Positions 14,782-22,085 of a DNA stretch of 32,000 nucleotides are shown here, piece after piece. The notes beneath the pieces are model-generated. The model worked only from the letters and a program-made list of their open reading frames with translations. It ran no database searches and was not told the DNA's origin. Every line of letters begins with the position of its first letter. Within the stretch, counting starts at the first letter, position 1. Position numbers and translations under genes: made by a program. The stretch is from Candidatus Nanosynbacter lyticus. GTDB taxonomy: Bacteria; Patescibacteriota; Saccharimonadia; Saccharimonadales; Saccharimonadaceae. The DNA lies in assembly GCF_030253515.1 (NCBI RefSeq), contig NZ_CP124549.1, positions 390,001 through 422,000 of the forward strand, given 5' to 3'.

Positions 14782-15955
14782 GAGTGGCCTCGCCGGGCTC
14801 ATTCGGGGCTGCGGCAATTTTTGGGAATAATTGTCGAAACTCCTCTGGGATAGCCGCCTCAAACGTCTTTCGTTCACCTGACGGTAGCGTGATTTCTAAC
14901 TGATGGGCGTGGAGCATCAGACGGCTGGCGTTTGGCTTGCCGTAGACGCGGTCGCCGAGAATTGGTGTGTTTAGGTGCGCCATATGGACGCGGAGTTGAT
15001 GGGTGCGGCCAGTGGTGGGCTTCAGTTCAATCAGCGCTTGGGCGTCAGTCGCCGCCAGTACGCGGTAGGTTGTCTGAGCGGGCTTACCGTTCGGGTCGAC
15101 GCGGAAGGTGCTGGGCGCGGCTGGGTTGCGACCAATCGGTAGGTCAATCTTTGCGGCGGCTAATTTCGGTACGCCGTCGGTCACTGCGAGGTAGGTTTTT
15201 TTGGCGGTGCGCTGGGCGAATTGTCGCTGTAAGTGGGTCGCAGCGTCAGCAGTTTTAGCGATAATCAGCACGCCTGAGGTGTCGCGGTCAAGCCGATGTA
15301 CGATGCCCGGCCGGTCGGTGTCCGAGGCAAACGAAGTCTTGGGGCGAATAATCTCTGCCACCGTCGACTCGGTCGATAGTCCACCTTTGGCGTGAGTCAG
15401 GAGCCCGCTTGGCTTATTGACCACCATCACGTCATCGTCTTCGTATAGAACCGGCAGCTCTGCACTGGCCTGCTCCTGCTCCGGTAATTTGACAGCGATT
15501 TCGTCGGCCTCGTCAACCTCAAATTTCGGCGTCGTCACTACGCGGTGATTGACTGAGATGTAGCCGGCTTTGATGTATTTTTGCCAGAGACTGCGCGAAA
15601 TTAACGGGTCAAATGACGTGGATAGGTGGACGTCCAGGCGTTGCTTGGTCGGCATGATGTGGAGCATGGTGACGAACTTGCCTTGAAATGGCGTCTCAAT
15701 GCAGATCGGATCAAGCGGGTTTGGCAACATCTCAGCGTTGGCCGGTTTGTCAGTCCACAATTCGTCAATTGATTCTTCGTCGATGATCGAACCGTAAAGC
15801 ACGGCGAAATGTTGCTTATTCAAGATAAACTCCGCCACGATGTGTGATTCGTCCGTCTGGATTTTTAGATGGCGTAATGCTTTGACGGGCGTGTTGTCGT
15901 CCGCCAGGTGATATAGCCTGGCGATCTTGAGGACGGTGCGCGGCGAGATTTTCAC
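14774..15955 (-). CDS. RluA-family pseudouridine synthase (RluD-like: S4 domain plus catalytic domain) with an N-terminal extension of about 95 aa
   Basis: S4-like QRLDVHLSTSF...SLWQKYIKAGYISVNHRVV. Catalytic motif HRLDRDTSGVLIIAKT. RTHQLRVH near the C-terminus. GTG start at 15955 preceded by a GAGGA SD. Confidence 0.8.
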   Translation of the reverse strand: MKISPRTVLKIARLYHLADDNTPVKALRHLKIQTDESHIVAEFILNKQHFAVLYGSIIDEESIDELWTDKPANAEMLPNPLDPICIETPFQGKFVTMLHIMPTKQRLDVHLSTSFDPLISRSLWQKYIKAGYISVNHRVVTTPKFEVDEADEIAVKLPEQEQASAELPVLYEDDDVMVVNKPSGLLTHAKGGLSTESTVAEIIRPKTSFASDTDRPGIVHRLDRDTSGVLIIAKTADAATHLQRQFAQRTAKKTYLAVTDGVPKLAAAKIDLPIGRNPAAPSTFRVDPNGKPAQTTYRVLAATDAQALIELKPTTGRTHQLRVHMAHLNTPILGDRVYGKPNASRLMLHAHQLEITLPSGERKTFEAAIPEEFRQLFPKIAAAPNEPGEATHD

Positions 15956-16048
15956 GCGGCGCGTCCTCTGCGGTTTGGGCGGCTAGACATTTGCGGCGCT
16001 TGATTTGGCAGTGTTCCTGGCTCAGTGAGGCAACTTGCTATCACCATA

Positions 16049-17218
16049 CTATCTCCGTAGCCCCACGGCCGTTTGGACGCGGTGCAAGGTTTCGTTAGCG
16101 ACGACGTTCATGTCGCGCTCGCTGGATTCCAGCTTACTTTCGATTGCCTGCTCATCAACTGCCGCCAGACGCGCCTGGAAATTCGCTAAGAATTCGGACA
16201 CTTCGTCAGCCACGATTCGTTTGAAGTCGCCGTAGCGTTCCATGCCGGCGTACTGGCTGATGGTCTGCTTCAAGCTGACGTCTCGTCCAGCGTCTTGGCG
16301 CACCAGCGTCAAAATCTCCAGCAGATTGGAAATGCCCGGCTGGTTGTCGTGGTCGTACTGTACCCTGCCTAGTGAGTCGGTAGTGGCGCTCATGATTTTT
16401 TTGTGCGCTATCTGCGGGTCGTCGCCGAGGAAGATGACACCTTTGCCGCTGTCGTCGGATTTGCTCATTTTTTTGGTCGGGTTCGCCAAGTCCTTGATGC
16501 GCAGACCTTGGTCTTTACCGAAGAATCGGTGTTGCTCAGCCACTGGCTTGGGCACGGTGAACAATTCGCCAAATTTACGGTTCATCCGCTCGGCGATGTC
16601 GCGCGTAAATTCTAAGTGCTGCGTCTGGTCGTCGCCAACCGGCACATAAGTGGCGCCGTAGAGCAAGATGTCGGCAGCCATCAGGACTGGATAGTTGAAG
16701 AGACCGACGGAGACTTCTTTTTCAAAAGCCAGCTCGTTGTATAGCTGCATAAGTTCCATTCTTCCCGAAATGTTATCATCGTTTTTTTGCGCATCAAGAG
16801 CTTTTTTGATTCTCTCGGCGACACTGCGAATGTCTACCTTACCACCCTTATCCTTAAACTGCGTCATCCGGCTCATCTCGCCAAACCCGGTAAAGCAATC
16901 CAAGATCCACGCCAGCTCGCTGTGGGCTGGGACGCGGCTTTGACGGTACAGATGAATCGCCTGGTTGTCCAGCGGCAGTCCGGCAGCCGTATAAATCCGG
17001 GCGTTGTTGAGGATACTGTCGTACAACTTACTATGATCAATCGGCGTGGTGAAGCTGTGAAGATCGGGGATGAACAGATTGATATCATAATCGGCCGAAC
17101 GGTGCTTTGCCATATCGACAATCGGCAAAATGGCACCAAAATAATTGCCAATGTGAATATCGTTGTTGGCGCGTACGCCGGTGAGAATGACGGGTTTGGA
17201 TGGTTTCATTGTATTCAT
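16049..17218 (-). CDS. trpS: tryptophan--tRNA ligase
   Basis: HIGH motif (DIHIGNYFGA), KMSKS motif, and RMTQFKDK ... NYPVLMAADILLY. AAGGAG SD upstream. Confidence 0.92.
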   Translation of the reverse strand: MNTMKPSKPVILTGVRANNDIHIGNYFGAILPIVDMAKHRSADYDINLFIPDLHSFTTPIDHSKLYDSILNNARIYTAAGLPLDNQAIHLYRQSRVPAHSELAWILDCFTGFGEMSRMTQFKDKGGKVDIRSVAERIKKALDAQKNDDNISGRMELMQLYNELAFEKEVSVGLFNYPVLMAADILLYGATYVPVGDDQTQHLEFTRDIAERMNRKFGELFTVPKPVAEQHRFFGKDQGLRIKDLANPTKKMSKSDDSGKGVIFLGDDPQIAHKKIMSATTDSLGRVQYDHDNQPGISNLLEILTLVRQDAGRDVSLKQTISQYAGMERYGDFKRIVADEVSEFLANFQARLAAVDEQAIESKLESSERDMNVVANETLHRVQTAVGLRR

Positions 17219-17248
17219 TATAACACTCCTTTGGTTGTTAGATGATAT

Positions 17249-17270
17249 AAAAAAGACCGCGCGCGGCCTC
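17249..17270 (-). terminator. GC hairpin plus U6 inside the trpS 5-prime leader (attenuator candidate)
   Basis: Minus strand GAGGCCG-CGCG-CGGTCTTTTTT. It lies downstream of the promoter at 17384-17412 and upstream of the trpS SD. Confidence 0.55.
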
Positions 17271-17299
17271 TATTCATGGTTGGTATTTTCAGAAGAATT

Positions 17300-17377
17300 T
17301 TACGAACAATTCAACAAGCCGCGGCGAACACGCGTGCTTTGCCAGGCGGTGCTGATGAATTGCTGGTTTATAGTCAT
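17300..17377 (-). CDS. candidate leaderless leader peptide (25 codons, one Trp codon)
   Basis: ATG 6 nt downstream of the -10 box. Translation MTINQQFISTAWQSTRVRRGLLNCS*. Speculative. Confidence 0.3.
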   Translation of the reverse strand: MTINQQFISTAWQSTRVRRGLLNCS

Positions 17378-17383
17378 GGGGTG

Positions 17384-17412
17384 ATTATAGCGCTGGCGGG
17401 CGAAATGTGCAA
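17384..17412 (-). promoter_or_regulatory. putative trpS promoter
   Basis: Minus strand TTGCAC - 17 nt - TATAAT. Confidence 0.6.
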
Positions 17413-17454
17413 ATATTTATTATTGCGGTATGGCCGACGGAGAAAGGCGAGAGA

Positions 17455-18930
17455 TTAAGTAGCTTCTGATGTATTATTCTCTTGACTCAGGTTCCGTTTA
17501 TGTTGCATGTCAGTGATACTTATTAGGCTCTCTCTAATGAACTCAATCGGTGCCGAGGCAATTTGTAAATTTGTTGAGAAATTGAACTCATCACGATCTA
17601 GCATGGATGATCTTGTACCCCTATCTGTCAAGTCGATAGCTGTGTAGTTGCTCAACTCCTCAGGTGTAAACCCCTTACAAAGAAGCCGCTTCCAATCAAT
17701 AGTACCCGGATATGGACGGAATTCAAATGTCGAGGCCCTGAAGTTGCCCTTGAGGCTATCGGCGAAGCTCCATAACTCATGGATAAGACTGAGAGTGTCC
17801 CTTATCTCGTCCTCAGTTTCATCTACATGCCCAAGAATAAAATAACCCTTGACATCAATGCCGCGCTCCAAGAGTTTAGAGACAACGCGCCTCGTCATCT
17901 CGGTATCTATTCGCTTGTCAATCCTCTTTAGTACATGCTCATTCCCCGACTCTATTCCAAAAGCAATTTCTTTCAAGCCACTCTCGTGCATAAGATTTAT
18001 CTGATTATTGCTAAGTCGATCAAATACATTTATTCTTCCCGTACCGCTCCATTGAGCCCACTCGCCGATATTTGCAGCAGCGAATGCGCTGGTCATATCA
18101 GCTATCATGCGGCGATTGCCCAAAAATAAATCATCCACAAAACGAAAGCTTGTCACGCCATATTTTTTATTAAGCATGTTCATCTCATACACCACGCTCT
18201 CTGGACTTCTTGATCTAATCTTGATATCTGGGTTAACAGAGGCTGCGCCTCCGCAAAATGAGCAATTGTACGGACACCCTCTTGCGGAAACAATATTTGC
18301 ATGCACTACACCGCTCTCGTCTGTGTATGGGTCTTGTGGCAGGAATTTCCTATCTAGCAGCGGTAACGTATCTATATCTGGCGCAGTATAATATTCACTG
18401 TCCCCTTTTGCCTCACCCATCATAATGTTTCGATTATCTGCAAGCCACATTACCCCGGGGAGTCGTGTTCTATTGTCTATATTTCGTAAAAGCTCAACCG
18501 TTCGCGTCTCACCCTCTCCTATGACAAGTGCTTTACAATTACGCATCCTAGGATCTATCAGGATTTCTCTAGCCACTGCCTTTGCCTGATGACCTCCTAG
18601 CAGAATATTGATATCAGAATTTAGGCTATTACAAATATTAGCGCTTGCTTCATAGGTGGGGGCAAGCAGACCAAAGCCAGCCCAGCGAGGCTTTAGTCTG
18701 TTAATAATCTCTTTCGTCTGCTCATAAGCCAGCCCTTCCGACTCGGCGTCTAAAACACCAACATTGAAACCCTCTACCGCCGCCAAAGTTGCGATATAGC
18801 CCATGCCCAACACGGGCAGCGTGTAGTTGTTAGTCCTTGGTCGCTCCTGATAATCTCTCAAAGGGGTGTTGACGAGCAGCAGGTCAAGATCCTCCTCTGG
18901 TCGAGCTCCCGCCACAAACTCACGTGTCAT
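17455..18930 (-). CDS. B12-binding-domain-containing radical SAM protein (class B-like)
   Basis: N-terminal Rossmann-like cobalamin-binding-type domain (LLLVNTPL...LPVLGMGYIATLAAVEGFNVGVLDAE...ILLGGHQA). Radical SAM cluster motif SARGCPYNCSFCGG. No C-terminal Cys-rich SPASM region. The ATG overlaps the upstream stop (ATGA). Confidence 0.8.
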   Translation of the reverse strand: MTREFVAGARPEEDLDLLLVNTPLRDYQERPRTNNYTLPVLGMGYIATLAAVEGFNVGVLDAESEGLAYEQTKEIINRLKPRWAGFGLLAPTYEASANICNSLNSDINILLGGHQAKAVAREILIDPRMRNCKALVIGEGETRTVELLRNIDNRTRLPGVMWLADNRNIMMGEAKGDSEYYTAPDIDTLPLLDRKFLPQDPYTDESGVVHANIVSARGCPYNCSFCGGAASVNPDIKIRSRSPESVVYEMNMLNKKYGVTSFRFVDDLFLGNRRMIADMTSAFAAANIGEWAQWSGTGRINVFDRLSNNQINLMHESGLKEIAFGIESGNEHVLKRIDKRIDTEMTRRVVSKLLERGIDVKGYFILGHVDETEDEIRDTLSLIHELWSFADSLKGNFRASTFEFRPYPGTIDWKRLLCKGFTPEELSNYTAIDLTDRGTRSSMLDRDEFNFSTNLQIASAPIEFIRESLISITDMQHKRNLSQENNTSEAT

Positions 18931-19697
18931 TGGTCTCTTCTCGTTTCATGAATCATTATCAGCGTAGCAATTGAACTGCTCATATTCTCTGCTCCTGCCA
19001 CTTTGTGCAGCTCCTGGATAAACGCTGCCTCTTCCTTGGGCCACTCGTGGCGAGGCAAGGCCTCCCTTGCGTAGAGGCGTATTGCTGCATCACCATAGGG
19101 ATATGTTGCAAGTTCGTTTGTATAATCTGCAACAGTTGCCCGTGCAGTCCAGCTTCCGATTCTACGTATTTTCATAAGCTCGTCCAATAGATCCGGCGCT
19201 TGAATCTTCTCCAGTCTATCGGCGTGTTCTAAGATAAATCGTGCTGCATTTCTAAGTGCGTCTTTCTTGAAACTCATTCCCATCCGCTGATACGCACTGT
19301 CAGAGACTTCCAAAACCCGCTGCAGACTAGGAAATAGATAATAGTGTACGTTGCCGGTCAGACTAACCTTTTCCCCTATAGATTTTGAAAAAGTGCGATA
19401 CATATTTTTTGCTTGATTAGCTCGTATCACTTGGCGAATAATATTGGTGCCAATGCAGTCCCATAAATTTGGGCACTGCATACGATAGATATGCGCCGCA
19501 GAAGGGCTATCTACAAGCTTGTCATTCTTTTTAAATTCCGTGTAGGGTGCGTTACCCTCTAGCAAGGTATGCTGATCTTGAGATAGAACGGAGTACACTA
19601 ATCCATCAGCGGTTTTATGTGCACACGCAAACGTTCCAGTTTCTGTCTTTACCCATGAGTAGTGGTCGGCTAGATAGTATTTGCTATTGTCTTTCAT
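18927..19697 (-). CDS. AlkA-like HhH-GPD superfamily protein (putative DNA glycosylase)
   Basis: By-eye match to the AlkA/HhH-GPD layout: NLWDCIGTNIIRQVIRANQAKNMY; FPSLQRVLEVSDSAYQRMGMSFKKDALRNAARFI; the helix-hairpin-helix LMKIRRIGSWTARATVADY; then YPYGDAAIRLY with an Asp at the catalytic position. Confidence 0.6.
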   Translation of the reverse strand: MKDNSKYYLADHYSWVKTETGTFACAHKTADGLVYSVLSQDQHTLLEGNAPYTEFKKNDKLVDSPSAAHIYRMQCPNLWDCIGTNIIRQVIRANQAKNMYRTFSKSIGEKVSLTGNVHYYLFPSLQRVLEVSDSAYQRMGMSFKKDALRNAARFILEHADRLEKIQAPDLLDELMKIRRIGSWTARATVADYTNELATYPYGDAAIRLYAREALPRHEWPKEEAAFIQELHKVAGAENMSSSIATLIMIHETRRDQ

Positions 19698-19844
19698 GTT
19701 GAGATTTGATAATTTATTTTATTGCATTTTTCAGTGATCTCCTGCACTGGTCTGGTGTAGTAAGTATTGTTGGTTGCGGTTCAAACGGTTATCGTTCAAT
19801 GTTTTCGGGGTTACTTTACAGACCAAAGAACCGCCTCGCGGTGT

Positions 19845-19873
19845 ATTATAGCAGACGATCAGAATTTTGTGAA
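19845..19873 (-). promoter_or_regulatory. near-consensus promoter of the AlkA-like/radical-SAM operon
   Basis: Minus strand TTCACA - 17 nt - (TGc)TATAAT, about 140 nt upstream of the ATG at 19697. Confidence 0.6.
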
Positions 19874-19911
19874 CGAGGTTTATTCCGTCACTGGCTTCAA
19901 GGCGGGTTTTA

Positions 19912-20790
19912 TCAACGTTCATGATTTTTTTTCGTATGGGTACGAACAGTGGTGCGGCGAGGTGACCTGGTGGTAAGATAATCGCCAGACAGATGCTGCT
20001 TGATTAGTCCGGACAAACGCTCAGCGTATTTATCCGTTATTTCGTGCCTCTGCATGGTCATCGAGCGATGGACGATATTCTCATGCTCTTTGGCTAGTTT
20101 CTTCAAATTCCGCTCGACAATTAGCGGATCAAGTTTGCCCGACAGAATAGTGATCGGGAGTTTCAATTGTGATATATCAGCCATCGTGGTTTGATTGATT
20201 ATTGCAGTATTTAGAGCGGTCAGGAAGGATTTAGCAGTAATTTTATCAGCCTTAAATCCCGCGTCGGGCCATATATTATGTCGGTCAGCGAACTGCAATA
20301 GACGCTTTGAGCTCCTCGGATGCTTGTTGATAAGGCTGTATAGGGCGCGTAATATTTTTTCTGGATGATGGATTTTCTCATCAATCTTAGGGTGATATAT
20401 TGGTGGGCTGCATAGGATTAGCGACTGAGCTAATTTTGGATATTTTTTAGCGAGTTCTACGGCAGCTAGCGACCCCATAGAGTGGCCAATGACGACATCC
20501 AGGCGAGTTATTGATTCGTGACGTAGCGTAGCGGCGATGCTGGTGGCCTGATCGTGGGCGTTGTATGATTTCCAGTCGGGTTTTGGTGAATTGCCAAATC
20601 CTAGCATGTCTATGGCAATGACGCGAGCACTTTTTGGTAAATATTGCTCCAGCGGTTTCCAGGTGCGCCACGATGTGCCCAGCCCATGGATAAGTAGAAT
20701 GGTAGATTCTGGGTTTTCTGGGCGACAAAAATAATGCACATTTAAGGTATACGGGACACGCAGCCAGCGATGGATTAATCGATCAAACAT
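19912..20790 (-). CDS. alpha/beta-fold hydrolase
   Basis: TILLIHGLGTSWRTW (oxyanion region), nucleophile elbow GHSMGS, and a C-terminal His region. Confidence 0.8.
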   Translation of the reverse strand: MFDRLIHRWLRVPYTLNVHYFCRPENPESTILLIHGLGTSWRTWKPLEQYLPKSARVIAIDMLGFGNSPKPDWKSYNAHDQATSIAATLRHESITRLDVVIGHSMGSLAAVELAKKYPKLAQSLILCSPPIYHPKIDEKIHHPEKILRALYSLINKHPRSSKRLLQFADRHNIWPDAGFKADKITAKSFLTALNTAIINQTTMADISQLKLPITILSGKLDPLIVERNLKKLAKEHENIVHRSMTMQRHEITDKYAERLSGLIKQHLSGDYLTTRSPRRTTVRTHTKKNHER

Positions 20791-20796
20791 TGTATT

Positions 20797-20802
20797 AGTA
20801 TA
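20797..20802 (-). promoter_or_regulatory. -10 box (TATACT) 6 nt upstream of the hydrolase ATG; leaderless candidate
   Basis: Minus strand TATACT AATACA ATG. The -35 is weak. Confidence 0.35.
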
Positions 20803-20809
20803 CTATGAA

Positions 20810-20838
20810 AATACCCCGCCTGTACATGACGGAGTATT
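20810..20838 (-). terminator. probable terminator after rpsI
   Basis: Minus-strand RNA AAUACUCCGUC-AUGUACA-GGCGGGGUAUU, 11 bp including two G-U pairs, followed by UUC. Confidence 0.5.
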
Positions 20839-20863
20839 TTCGAGAATCGGTTTCTCCTCTGTT

Positions 20864-21262
20864 TTAACGCTTGGAGAATTGTTCGCGCTTGCGGGCAGAA
20901 CGCAGACCGTATTTCTTGCGCTCTTTCTCGCGTGGGTCGCGCTTGAGCAGCTCAGCCTTCTTTAGGACTGGACGCAAGTCAGCGTGAGCAGCCGTCAATG
21001 CTTTGGCGATGCCAAGCTTGATGGCGTCAACTTGACCAGCGAGACCACCACCTTTGACCAAGATGGTAACATCGTATTCCTTTTGCTTGCTGACGACAGC
21101 TAGTGGATCAGTTACTTCGGCGAGCAAGGTTTTGTTGCCATCCAAGTACTCAGCGGCTGCTTTGCCGTTGATGGTGATGGTACCTTTGCCAGGAAGCAAG
21201 CGAACACTTGCTGAAGCGCTTTTGCGTCGTCCCAAGCCGTAGAAATAGGTATCAGTAGCCAT
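20864..21262 (-). CDS. rpsI: 30S ribosomal protein S9
   Basis: GLGRRKSASASVRLLPGKGTITINGK ... RKKYGLRSARKREQFSKR. Confidence 0.95.
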   Translation of the reverse strand: MATDTYFYGLGRRKSASASVRLLPGKGTITINGKAAAEYLDGNKTLLAEVTDPLAVVSKQKEYDVTILVKGGGLAGQVDAIKLGIAKALTAAHADLRPVLKKAELLKRDPREKERKKYGLRSARKREQFSKR

Positions 21263-21263
21263 A

Positions 21264-21695
21264 TTACTTTACCTCAACTTTCTCTGGGGTTTGTGCTGTG
21301 TGAGCATGCTCGCTGCCGGCAAATACGCGCAGGCGCTTGAGGCGCTCTGCTTGCAATTTGTTCTTTGGCAACATGCCTTTAACAGCTTCTTCAATAATTC
21401 GTTCTGGGTGGCGTTCGCGCATTTCTTTGAACTGCGTTTCCTTGATGCCGCCTGGAAAACCACTGTGACGGTAGTAGTACTTGTCAGTTTCCTTGTAGCC
21501 AGTAACGACGGTGTTTGCAGCGTTGATAACCACGACGTAGTCGCCGCCGTCAACATGCGGCGTGTAAGTTGGCTTGTATTTACCAGTCAAGTGCTTGGCA
21601 ATTTCAGTTGCCAAACGACCGAGTGGTAATTCGCTCGCGTCAAACAATACCCAGCGGCGAGAAACTTCAGATGGTTTTTGTGAATAAGTCTTCAT
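21264..21695 (-). CDS. rplM: 50S ribosomal protein L13
   Basis: MKTYSQKPSEVSRRWVLFDASELPLGRLATEIAKHLTGKYKPTYTPHVDGGDYVVVINA. Start moved to the ATG at 21695, 1 nt after the rplQ stop. Confidence 0.93.
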   Translation of the reverse strand: MKTYSQKPSEVSRRWVLFDASELPLGRLATEIAKHLTGKYKPTYTPHVDGGDYVVVINAANTVVTGYKETDKYYYRHSGFPGGIKETQFKEMRERHPERIIEEAVKGMLPKNKLQAERLKRLRVFAGSEHAHTAQTPEKVEVK

Positions 21696-21696
21696 C

Positions 21697-22083
21697 TTAT
21701 TTCTCCTTCTTTGGCATTGGTTTGATGTCGTCGACAAACTCGATGATTGCCATTTGCGCGCCGTCGCCAACACGTAGGCGGGTGCGCTCAACGCGAACAT
21801 GTCCGCTGGTGCGACCGCTCAGCTGTGGGGCAATTTCATCAACTAGTTTGTAGGCAGCAGCGCGAGTGCTGAGTGCTGCGATCACCTGGCGGCGGCTGGC
21901 TAGATCGCCCTTCTTCGCCTTGGTGATGATTTTTTCAATGTGGCGCTTCAGCTCTTTGGCTTTCGGCAAGGTGGTCTCGATTTTGCCGTGCTCGACCAGG
22001 CTGGTTGCCAGGCCCCTCAGCAAGGCTCGTCGTTGATCACGCTCACGGCCGAACTTGCGCCCTTGATATCCGTGTCTATGCAT
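21697..22083 (-). CDS. rplQ: 50S ribosomal protein L17
   Basis: MHRHGYQGRKFGRERDQRRALLRGLATSLVEHGKIETTLPKAKELKRHIEKIIT. Confidence 0.95.
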   Translation of the reverse strand: MHRHGYQGRKFGRERDQRRALLRGLATSLVEHGKIETTLPKAKELKRHIEKIITKAKKGDLASRRQVIAALSTRAAAYKLVDEIAPQLSGRTSGHVRVERTRLRVGDGAQMAIIEFVDDIKPMPKKEK

Positions 22084-22085
22084 AG

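Noticed and set aside
17219-17412. Classifying the trpS leader as a canonical T-box riboswitch
   Set aside because: I could not find the conserved T-box sequence (…GGGUGGNACCGCG…), Stem I AG-bulge or distal-loop motifs, or a K-turn. The leader (about 165 nt) is also short. A UGGC following CCGCC could mimic the tRNA-acceptor-binding bulge (tRNA-Trp here has discriminator G), but that alone is not sufficient. It is kept only as a generic attenuator candidate.
19698-19844. Cobalamin riboswitch upstream of the B12-radical-SAM operon
   Set aside because: The idea is tempting because the operon encodes a B12-binding enzyme. However, the leader is only about 140 nt. GCAGGAGATCAC is not a convincing B12 box (consensus roughly AGYCMGGAGACCKGCC). 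The conserved GGGAA / GCCACUG elements are also absent.
19731-19922. 63-aa minus-strand ORF (MNVDKTRLEASDGINLVHKILIVCYNTPRGG...) as a possible RiPP precursor for the radical SAM enzyme
   Set aside because: It has no SD, and its ATG overlaps the hydrolase 3-prime end. The near-consensus promoter (-35 at 19868-19873, -10 at 19845-19850) lies inside it, so most of it would be untranscribed from that promoter or be 5-prime UTR. There is no leader/core-like features or repeated motifs. This cannot be fully excluded without conservation data.
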